DNA of 64,000 nucleotides, from NCBI GenBank assembly GCA_905331295.1, contig CAJNYD010000303.1:1-64000 (forward strand), written 5' to 3'. Numbering within the stretch: the first letter of the stretch is position 1; each line of letters begins with the position of its first letter. The DNA comes from Rotaria socialis. Its lineage: Eukaryota. Below, in pieces: positions 52,267-64,000 of this stretch. The notes under the pieces were generated by a model that was given only the letters and a program-made list of their open reading frames with translations, searched no databases and was not told the DNA's origin. Position numbers and translations under genes: made by a program.

Positions 52267-55256
52267 TTAAGGTTAAAACTCACTTTAATATTGCACCTGA
52301 TGTCAATATGGACCTGGTGGATATCGAAAAAAAAATTTCTTCATGTCCTGTCGTAACTGGTGATTTCTGGTATGATCGAATACGAGAGATTTCGGTTTAC
52401 AAAATTATTATTTGGAAATGTAAAGAAACACATTTTATTTATTACTTATATATTTTAATTATTGGAGACTTTTCATTTCCAATTGAGAAAAAAATAATAA
52501 TAGGTTTATTTTGAGTGGAGTATCCCAATATGCGCCAATTCAAACATTTTTTGAGATTAAAACTATTTATGAAAAAAATCATTTACTTTAATATACGAAT
52601 GAAGATTCTTTGTTTTAGGTGAACAAAAAGATGCAGAAAAACAGGGGTAGTGTCGGCTCTTGTATGAAAACTATATTATTCCATTTATTAGTAAGTATTT
52701 TACATAGACATAAACTAATAATAATAAAGATTGATCCATTTTAATAATCGTATTGTTGAAATACGCTCAACAAGATTTCTAAATTGATCTGCGATGACTG
52801 ACATTTGATCTATAGAAGTTTCTTTTTTTGTTGAAGAGATCGAAAATTAAAATAATTGAGAAAAGATTTAAATTGAAGTTACAGTTCATTCTGACTTGCA
52901 AATAAAATCTTTTTTAAAGAAATCTTTTTTGATATGGCAGAGAAGTATGAATGACAAAGTATAATCAACGCCAATTGAGCTATCATATTTTTAGTAGTAA
53001 TCCATTCATTTTTATCGAAAAAGTGTAAAAATAAGTGATCTTGTAAGATGTTGATATCATTTCAGAAAGAGAAATTACTTTTGAATAATCAGAACAATAT
53101 ATGTACTTCATTCATTAGTTAAAAGTATTGATTTTAATCTATTTACATTTAAACACAATTTTATGTTACTTGAGTTCATATCCAATGTGATTATTACAGA
53201 TATGTAAGTTGATCACATAACATGTCCTCTGCTCTACCAAATATTCTGAACAAAGGAATTAGTACTTTTCAAAATTTAACAGCGACACTGGATACTACAA
53301 CTGTATCACATTTTTGAAGTCTTTAAATTCTTCAACATAATAGTGTAAGCTTTATTTATTTCTGGAAGGATTCGTAAAATTTCGTGGAAAAACAAAGCCT
53401 ACCATGTTTAACTCTTTTCAATCGCACGTATTCAAAAAGAAAGATTTTTCTCTATGGAGGTATAGTGTTTTTTGAATAGCCGTCTGGAAGAGAAACTAGC
53501 ACAGGACAAGATTTTCTGTCTTACACTTGCCTTGTCTTGCTAGCTATCTTGGTCCTGGAGAGCACCAGGACAGGACACCAGGACCATCCTGCCCTGTTCT
53601 CATCTCTGATCTGGAAAGGATTAATAGAATCTCATTGGTCATCGAAAGATTTCATGAAACTTCTGCATCCCTGTAGCATTACTTTTGTTTCCTGATATGA
53701 AACAGATAGATTCTTCTTATTCGAGTGTCTTTATACATGGAATTTGACAAAACACTGAATTTGATGTAGTTGCTCGAATAATTGAGGCTCATAGGATGAA
53801 GGAAATAATTACAGTGAACATCAGGACTTGTTCAAAGGAACCGTAGCCTTTTTTAAATCAATTAAAATGCGTTTAATGTTGTCAAAAGACAAAGCGAAAT
53901 AATTTGTAAGTCGAATAGAATACGTCCATATCGACCCTACTCACTTCTCGGTGTAACTATTCTTGAAAAGAGAGAGGAGTCGAATGCATCTTTAGCTTGA
54001 GGCATGTGATGATGTATTCGACCGAATATGAGATGGTAGATAGTTTTCAAGGTGAATATCAACAAGTTCACACAATCTTGATTCGTCTACTGAAATAAAT
54101 ATCGTTATGCAACATTTTTTAAATAATAAATACTGCAATTTTGATTTGATTTTCTTTTATTTGCTGCATTCTAGGAAGAGGAAACCTGCTGGACACGAAG
54201 AAAATGAATTAGCTGGTAAACTACTGCTTTTTGAAATTTAAAGGAAGCTTCTAGCTCAGCAATATATTCATTGATCATTAGGTCGAATTTGTTGTCTATG
54301 TATCTTTATAACTGTTTCTGTTCAGTTGATTGATATTGCTTTTTTTTTCGTCAACAAATTATTTATCTTGGCTTTTGTTCTCTGTGGCCTCTTTTTATTC
54401 TTATCACTATTATCAAATAGTGAACTGGATTTTTCGTTGTAAATAAATAGAGTCATGATTTGGTCATTGGATGTATTGCCTAAAATATTGTTATCCATTC
54501 CTATGGATATACGTATATTCGGTGTGGGTGTTGATATTCTCACAAGCCACACACACTCTTGTCAATTTTTCCTTGAAGTATATATAAGATGGCGTTAAAC
54601 TCATCATTTTATTGGGTATGGTGGATGCGGATATTGTCGTCATTTAGAAGAAAAATTAAAGATACATACTAATTATATATTCATGATATTTATTACATCA
54701 TTCGGTGCATTAGGTTATGTTAGATTTACTTTGCCAAAGGACAAGCCTGTTGTAGCATCACTTAATGTTTCGTTTTTACACTTACACTCAAATTATATGA
54801 GTAGTGATGTGAAAGAAAAAAAAACTTGTTCAATGAAAATCGTGCGAAATGAAGTATTCTCGTTAATATTTACCTCTGCGTGATTTGAAATGGGTGCGAA
54901 CGATCGAATATTTCATTGTATCTTTATGCGATGATTAAATAAATAAATTCTTTCGGATAATAGAAAGACTTGAATTTATCAGTGTAATTTTTCTTTCAAT
55001 TTACATACATACATATTACAGTAGATCGAACGTTTCACTTTTAAGTTCTAAGTTCGATTTCTCCTTTTTCTTTGTTAAAAAATATTGATGAAATTTCATT
55101 TTTCATCCAGAAAAAGACGATAGTATTCAACAGTATAAAACTCATCATTTAAAAAAAACAAGATTTTTTTTTATGTCCATTTTATTATGGATTATTGAAT
55201 GTTTTATTTATCAAAAACAAGTATTAAAAAACAACAAATAATACTATATGTTTTAT

Positions 55257-57546
55257 TTATCCATAAGCATTTGCTTTATGTTTTGGTAGAAAGTGAAAAT
55301 CTGATGAAACTTTTCCTAATAAAAGTTCAGTTAATTTCACCCAATCAGAACAGAGTTTTGATGACATCAATGTTTCTAGAAAGAAAAACAAATTAGAGAA
55401 AGAAAAACAAATTTTCTATTCAATTACCAAGATCATTTCGACCAAAGAAATATGGTGGTCGTTCGTTTAATCGATGCGGAAGACGTTCAAGTAAACCAAC
55501 AGGTATATAACGATAAAGAAATGAGAACCATTCAAGTAAAAATCGTCGAGTTTTTTCTACACCAGATTGATCCGAACCCCAATGTTCTAATCCATAATTT
55601 GTATAACGTTTTAACATATCAAAACGTTCACCAGCCGATATGTCCCATGTACGTTGTTCTTTTATTTCAGTAAATAACCATGGTTTAATTAAAGCACCAC
55701 GTGCTATCATACAACCACTAACACTGGTTTCGTCTAATCGTTTATAATAATCTTCAAATGCATAAATATCGCCAACACCATAGAATGGAATGGGATTTGA
55801 CAGTTTTGCACATTCATCAACATAATTCCAATCGGCACTTTTGGAATAACGCATTTCTTTCGATCGGCCATGTAAAGTAAACAGATCAACAACATGATTA
55901 TCATCATAATCGGATTTCCATGATTTAGCTAATGAAACAATTTCATGTGCATTATTTTCACCAGTCATGATTCCTGTACGTAATTTAATTGTTATTGGAC
56001 GTGTAGAAAGACACGATACCGAACGACATATACGTTCAAAATCAATTGTTCGCCGTGTCAATGCACAACCGGCACCTTTCTTATAGACGAGATCAATTGG
56101 ACATGCACAATTTAAGTCAATAAAATCATAATCAAAATTTTCTTCAAGTAATTGAACGGTTCGTGTCATTGTATCAACAAATGAACCACAAAGTTGTACG
56201 CCGAATATTGTTTCACTTGGATGACGACGTAACAACGCAAATTCGGACATTTGCCCTTGAAGTAACGATGTTGTCATTGCCATTTCACCGCAAGTTATTT
56301 CACAACCATATTCTTTGCATATACGTCGAAATGGTAAATTGCCAACTGTTGTTAATGGTGCAAGATAAAGACGACGATTAAAATCAATGCGAACTTTTTC
56401 ACGAGGTTTTAAACGAATCATATCTACATCGGTGATTGTACCCAGAGTTCGAAATGGTATTGGGCGGGATACTTGTGGTGCTTGTTGATCATCGTCAATG
56501 GCATCAACGTCTGGTGGAAGAATTTCAGTTTCATCCGGCTAAAATATTTAATAGAATCATTTTTATTTGGTTAAAATTTATCGACAACAGATAAATATTT
56601 GCCTGGTTATTTTTAGCATTTTTATTCACTGGAAGTGCTGAATAATAGATATCTACTAAAGATCGATCTTCTTTTTCTTTATCATCTTGATTTTCATCTG
56701 CAGCCGTTGGATTATTTCTTTTAGCAACATTAACTTTCGTTATTAGTTTATTTGCTATTTTAGTTAAATGATCCGATAATTTATAATCATATTTTTTTCT
56801 TCGTAAAAAATGTTTGAGCAAAGGAGGATATTTGTTTAAGGATTCAACATAAGTTTGATTTAAACGAGCAACAATCTTATTGTGACCAGTGATTGGATCA
56901 ATATGAGATTGGCCGAAACGACATAAGATACCGTAGAAACATTGACCATAAACATCAAACATATAACAATTCTTATCGAAATCAGCGGGTCGTTGTGTGA
57001 GATAATTACTTAAATCATGAGAATGTTTGCAACTGGATTTATATGGACATTTATCAAGTCCACCGCGTACTACAAAAAAACATAAATGATGATTGTTTTC
57101 ATTGGCAGTTGAAGATTTTGCATTGATTTCTAAATGTTTACGATTTTGACCCTAGCCGGAGATGATAGCACATTAAATTATTGTAAAAATTATACAAAAG
57201 ACTTACTTTAAATTTCTTTTTTTTAGGTTCTGTAGAATCATTTGTTTCACTGTTATTGGTTTCTGCAGCTATTTTTTTATCGTTTTCATTTAAATGTTCA
57301 ATACTTAATCTAACTTCGTGATCGAAATCAATGAACCTTTGGTTTTTTTTGAAATAAAAGTCAATATATAAATTGTTGATTACTCTATTGAAACACATAC
57401 TCAAGTTTTATTTGTGCCATGGCTGGTTGAGTTTTCCATGTTTCATATTTATTTAATTGTTCTTCGGTTAGTTTCGAATGTTCATTCAACGGATGACTAA
57501 CTCGATGAAATAAAACCGAACTTTCATGCTCTTCTTTTGAACTCAT
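55257..57546 (-). CDS. DUS3L: tRNA-dihydrouridine(47) synthase; multi-exon
   Basis: CCCH fingers, [39 protein letters not shown] and PKHKANAY. Confidence 0.95.
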
Positions 57547-57703
57547 GCTTCTTCTTTTTTTTTTTTTATCTAAAAGAGGATTTCTTTTTCTTGTCAAGAA
57601 CAATCAATGATACTGTTTATTAGATTGATTTTCTTTTTAGCAAACAAAATCATTAAGATAACAATGGTCAAGCGTGAAGAAAAAAACAAAGAAATTCAAA
57701 TCA

Positions 57704-60700
57704 TCATTTCGATTTAAAATAGAGCGTATAATCCATTGTTGTAGCAATGCTTGTGTATTCAGTTTGATCAGCTGTTGGTTCATCTTTGAGCAATTGTATA
57801 TTATTAATATTAGCAAGTGGCTGAATCAGATCGGCATATTCAGAAAAAAGTAAGGATGCTGATGGCGAAGCTCGAATATAAACTAAAGCAGAAAAAAAAA
57901 CGAATCCATTCATTCAATTTTTAGTTCTTTGCTTTATTTTTAGGATGCGTGCTACTTACGATCATCTTTTTCTTTGGAAACAATCTTTTGTGCCGAACGA
58001 TATGAACGAATTTTATTCATTGCTTCGTCAACAGTTGCAACACTGGCTTCAAGATTTTCATTACGATATTTTTTAAACTATATGAAAAGAAATCATTTTG
58101 AAGAAAAAATACGCAAAAGAGGTTAAAATATTTACTTGACTTGCTTGTGGATAGGGTGTGACGCACAGACTAGGTGGTACATTGAGTCCTTTATTGGGTT
58201 TTGGCAGACGTTGATAGAGTTCCTCGGAAACAAAAGGCATAATAGGTGCAATCAATCTTAAACCATTATCTAGGCATGTATATAAAATTAATTTAATAGT
58301 TTCTTGTCGTTTTAAATCTGGATCTTTGGCATATAAATCTTTTTTAACATATTCAATATAGATATCGCATAAGTCATAGAGCCAAAAATTATAAATAGCT
58401 GTTGTAACTTGAGGAAATAGATAATTATTGAAGCCAGTTTCGCATTGTTCAATAGCATAACTCAATCGACTTAAAATCCATAAATCACATGGTGTTTCCG
58501 CGCCAGTAAACTAGAAATAAAATGCCATTTTAACGGAACTATGTTCGGATATTTCGTGTTATTACTTTAAATTCTGCTGGCGGTTCAAAACAATTCGGAG
58601 CGTTAATATCTAAGTTTTTCGACATTGCAAACCGAATAGCATTCCAAAGTTTATTACAAAAATGTCGATAACCTTTAACACGTAAAACATCTAAGTTGAT
58701 ATCTCGACCTAAACAAAACAAATTGGATTAAATAGAATTATTAGCAATACTAAATTAACCTTGATTAGCATATGCACAAAAAGCAAACCGCAATGCATCT
58801 GTGCCACATTCTGGAATACCATTTGGATAATCCTCTTGTTGTCCTTGTCGTGCACGTTCATATTCTTTCGGGTCAAGATTAGAACTTTTTAATAATTCTT
58901 GAAGTTTATCAAGCGGTATTCCATGAATCACGTCAATTGGATCAATAACATTACCCAAACTTTTCGACATTTTACGTCCATGTGCATCACGAATAAGAGC
59001 ATGTAAATAAATTTCGGTGAACGGTAAACGATCGGTTAATTCTAATGACATCATAACCATACGTGCGACCCAAAAGAAAAGTATATCATGACCTGTTTCC
59101 AGTAATGTCGTTGGAAAGAATCGTTTTAAATCATCGGTTTCCATGGGCCAACCAAAAGATGAAAATGGAAAAATACCCGATGAAAACCATGTATCGAGAA
59201 CATCTTCATCTATTGAATAGAAAAACAAAACTTAGAGCATTACTTTCGAACATCGTTCTAAAGGCATTACCTTGTTTTAAGCGAATTTTATCTTTTGGAA
59301 TATTAAACCGTTGAGCTGCTTTTTCAAGTGCTTCCTCAGATGTATGAGCACTAATCCAATATTGATCATCAACGTCACTTCCTGCCGGTATTTCATCTGA
59401 ACTAACAAAATAAGATGGTATTCGATGACCCCACCACAATTGTCGTGATATACACCAATCACGTGTGTCTTCTAACCATTTGTACCAAACAGGTTCAAAT
59501 ATAGTGGGTAAAATTTTCAATTGTTTCGATCGAACAGCATCAATTGAGCGTTGTGCCATTGTTTTACAGTTAACATACCATTGTGGTTTAAGTAAAGGTT
59601 CAATAATATCTTTACTTCGACTACATATTGGTATAACCATTTCGTTTTCTTTTGCATCACGATAGAGACCACGTTCTTTCAAGTCACTTAAAAGTTGACG
59701 TCGAACATCAAAACGTAGTTTACCAGCATAGGGACCACATTCCGATGACATTAGACCATCATCATTAATACATGTTATAAATGGTAAGGAGAGTCGACGT
59801 CCACATTCGAAATCATTTGGATCATGTGCTGGTGTAACTTTAACTGCGCCCGAACCGAACGCTGGATCAACCATTGTATCGGTTAAAATTGGTAAACGAC
59901 GTGGCAGAAATGGATGTTGAACATATTTACCATGTAGATGTTTATAACGTTCATCGTCCGGGTGAACAACAACTGCTGTATCACCAAGCATTGTTTCAAG
60001 ACGAGTTGTTGCAACAATAATTTCCTCCTCTATAAGAAGGAAAAAAAATCATTTTGCGAACTACGTAGTTATAGAATTCTGATATTTACTTGAATCTTCA
60101 ACTGGATAAGCAAAATAAATCAACATTCCGAATTCAACTGGCTCTTCATAACCAGGTACACGAATTAATGTTCGACCTTTTAATTCAGTTTTTTCGACCT
60201 AAAAAAAGATTTTATTTCTTAAAAAACGAATTCAGTGTGTTTTACTTCGATATCAGATATGGCTGATTTAAGTGTACAAGACCAATTAACTAATCGTGTT
60301 GAACGATAGATTAGTTTTTTTTCATGCAGACGAATAAAAGCTTCTTCAACAGCATAGGACATGCCTTTATCCAGAGTGAACACTTTACGTGACCAATCAC
60401 ATGAAGAACCCAACGCTTTTATTTGTTCATAGATATGATCACCTATTCATTAAAAAAAAAGCATTACTAGATCATAGGAGAATCTTTTTAACAAGGAAAC
60501 AACAAACCCTTTTCATTTTTCCATTTCCAAGCTTCTTCCAAAAATCGTTCTCGTCCTAAATCAAGCCTGGATAAATTTTGTTCACGCATTAGTTTTTTTT
60601 CGACGACAACTTGTGTTGCTATACCAGCATGATCACATCCGGGAACCCAAAGAACACTTTCACCACACATACGATGCCAACGTGAAATTGTATCTTCAAG

Positions 60701-61326
60701 TGTACACATAATAGCATGACCTAAATGAAGATAACCAGTAACATTCGGTGGTGGAATAACCATAGAAAACGATTTTCGTGGCGTTGAAGCATTCGATGGT
60801 GGATGTTCATCGTAATATTCGGGACGAAAAAAGCCTTCTTTCTCCCACCAATGATACCAAACTGCTTCGACATATTTTGGACTATAAGCTTTTGGCAATT
60901 CACAATGAATATCTAAAAATAGAAACGGTATTGAATTTCATTCATTGATTTATTCTTTTTTGCTTTTGGTTACCTTTTTTCTCACCGTCACCTGTCGGAG
61001 AGGTATACTCAGTAATGTCACACGTGACGGCTTTCTTCTTGGAACCACCTTCAGCTAATTCTTTCGCTTTTTTCTACAAAAAATAATACATCTGCATTTT
61101 TCTACATAAAATTATAATGAATAAAAACCTGTTCGTCAGCTAATGCTTTTGCTTTTTGTTTTTCTTCAAATTTTCTTAATTTTTCGGCTTTTTCAGCTTC
61201 TTTTGCCAATTGCTTTGCTGTTTTCGGTGGTCCTTCACCGGCACCGGCAACAGCTTGTTGGTTATTTTCACCTTCAGAAGGTTTTGAATTTTCATCGGTC
61301 CGTTGATTAGAACCACTTGATGCCAT
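57704..61326 (-). CDS. VARS1: Valyl-tRNA synthetase; multi-exon
   Basis: [38 protein letters not shown] and KMSKS. Confidence 0.97.
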
Positions 61327-61745
61327 CTAAGAGAATAAAAATAAAATAAAACTAGATAAATGCTTAAATATTAATTGATGATTCATTGCATCATTTTTTA
61401 GGTTGATCCATTTTGCATCAGAAAGTATGATGAAAAGAAAAGGATGAAAAAAGTCAATCGTGCAATCATGACTGACTCATTGAATTGTCTTGATTGGCTG
61501 TTTTGCATTTCAATATTGAATTGAGTATTGAATTAGATTAATAATAAGCATCGAAATAATTATTGATTAATAATTTTATGAAGCAAAACTTTTACTTTAT
61601 TCTTATTAATAAGATCGCGCAATGCGATTGTACACTGGTTACTTTTTGAACCAATAAAATTTGCCTAGTTACATCCAATGTTGTCGTCAAGAAGGAATGC
61701 TTAACTGTGCAATTTCATTTTTCTCTCTCTAAAAATATCTAAACA

Positions 61746-64000
61746 ATGGTAAGAATAGTTTTAATTTAATTATAAGATTATGTATAGCATTACATTCATT
61801 AGCCTCGTCCATCAACTGCATCGAATAAAGGTGGAAAAGATGAATCCGTTCAAGTTGTTGTTCGATGTCGACCGATGAGCGAGAAAGAACAAGATAGTGG
61901 CTGTGAAAGGTTTCATTTTAATGCGAATTAGCAAATAAATCTATTCTAATCTATATCCTATTAGAGTTGTTGATATTGATGGACAACGAAAACAAGTAAC
62001 ACTTCGACGTCCAAGAAATGAAGGTTCACAACGAATGAGCAGTAGTGGAGAAGATGTGCATAATTTCTATTTTGATTATGTTTACGATTGGAAGTAGGTT
62101 GAACTTAATATGCATTACAACTAATTAATAATATGAGAATTTTCGCTAACAGTTCTGTTTTATTTTATTTTATTTAGTTCAAAACAAAAAGATGTCTATG
62201 AACAAACTGCACGCGCACTGGTGGATTTCGTGCTGGAAGGTTTTAATGGTACTATATTTGCTTACGGCCAAACTGGAACAGGAAAAACATTTACAATGGA
62301 AGGTACACCAAGGTCGATAGATATTTTTTCTATGAAATCAATCAAAATACTTTCATTTAGGTATTCGTTCACAACCGGATTTACGTGGTATTATTCCATC
62401 ATCATTTGCACATATATTTGATTCAATATCACGTAGTACTTCAAGACAATTTCTTGTTCGAGCTTCCTATTTAGAAATATATAATGTAAATAAATTCTTA
62501 TGCGAACATGTTAGAGACAAGAAAAACCTTTTTCCAATCTAGGAAAGTATTCGTGATTTACTATCACGAGATCAAAATAAACGTTTACAATTACAAGAAC
62601 ATCCAAAAGAAGGTGTACATGTTCATGATCTAAGTTCATTTATTACGAAAAACTCTCCAGAAATCGAACATGTTATGACAACAGGAAATTTAAATCGATC
62701 AACAGGGTAGATTACTTTTTCTTTCTGGTTTTATTGTTAATAAACAGATTATTTCAATTAGAGCAACAAATATGAATGAACATAGTTCACGATCACATGC
62801 TATTTTTGTAATTACTGTTGAAAGCAGTGAGGTAATAAAAAGAGTTTTGTTTTTGTTTTTGAAAAAAGCAAAATTCGAAATTATCATTAGATTGGTGCTG
62901 ATGGAAAACCGCATATTCGCGTTGGAAAATTAAATCTTGTCGATTTAGCTGGTAGTGAACGGCAAGCTAAAACAGGATCAACTGTAAGATAATAACTGCC
63001 TACATTGACACCTTGTGCTTATTTTTTTTTTTATTGAATTTAGGGTGATCGTTTTAAAGAAGCAACAAATATTAATCTATCACTTTCTGTACTTGGTAAT
63101 GTTATATCTGCACTTGTCGATGGTAATTCACATGTTCCTTATCGTGATTCAAAATTAACTCGATTATTACAAAGTAAAAAAATATAAATAAAATCATTTT
63201 CGAAACTAAACAAATCATTTTCTAGATTCACTCGGTGGTAATTCAAAAACTATTATGATAGCTACAGTTGGACCAGCGAATTACAATTACGAAGAATCTC
63301 TTACTACACTTCGGTAATAAAGATCACGGTTAACTTCTGTGAACATCTAAGAATCCTTTTATCTTTTTTTTGTCTTAGCTTGATCTAAAAAATTTCGAAT
63401 TCTATTTGTTATTAGTTATGCAAATCGAGCGAAAAATATCAAGAATCAACCGCGTATTAATGAAGATCCCAAAGATGCTCTACTACGAAAATTCCAAGAA
63501 GAAATTGCTCGATTAAAAGATCGACTGGAAAATAAAGGTAAAGGTGGTCGAAAGTCCCGTCGGCATAAAAATCGCGATGGCACTGAAATGGACAATGAAG
63601 CTTCCGATCAAGACGATGAAGAACTATTTCTTAAAGAACAACAAGATAAATTAAACGAGGACAAACGAACAATTATGCATAAGAAGAATATCAATGGTTC
63701 GTGAAATCCCTTAACAAAAGTCCGAATCTGGTTTTATTTTCATTGTAGAAACTGAACGTGAAGCAATGCTTCGACAACTCGAAGAACAAAAGAAAGAAAT
63801 CGAACGTGAACAAGACGATCGTCGTAAAATGCAACATAAAATTCTAGAAATGGAATCGAAACTGATTACTGGTGGTAAAGATATCATCACACATACGAGT
63901 GAACAAGAACAAAGTCTACGACAAAAACGGTTCGGTTTTTTTTTCTATTTTTGATTTCGTTTATTTTTTTCACAGAGAAATTTTTGATTTAGACGTCAAA
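61746..64000 (+). CDS. KIF3B: Kinesin-2 motor subunit, KIF3B-like (runs off the window)
   Basis: [28 protein letters not shown] and stalk [13 protein letters not shown]; the first coding exon is ATG alone. Confidence 0.88.

Overview
AT-rich eukaryotic genomic DNA with many short GT-AG introns, most consistent with a bdelloid rotifer. That is an inference from the intronless GPCR, NHL/ART genes, a bacterial-type enzyme, TGTGGG-like repeats and minimal hammerheads. Conserved genes are crumbs, methionyl- and valyl-tRNA synthetases, ECT2, an SLC35F-like transporter, DUS3L and KIF3B. Two accessory zones lie between them (about 1-15 kb and 32.5-48 kb). These hold a disrupted non-LTR retroelement, several large foldback elements, CCC...GGG-ended transposons with 2-bp TSDs, a Harbinger remnant and a bacterial-type M20 amidohydrolase. 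The most interesting locus is 35.6-40.4 kb. There, an arginine ADP-ribosyltransferase exon and an NHL beta-propeller exon have phase-matched splice sites, predicting an ART-NHL fusion across a 2.6-kb intron. That intron contains a 1.2-kb palindrome and an inverted pair of minimal hammerhead ribozymes, and a third, intact-looking hammerhead lies just past the gene's 3' end. Exon boundaries were read by eye and no database searches were run.
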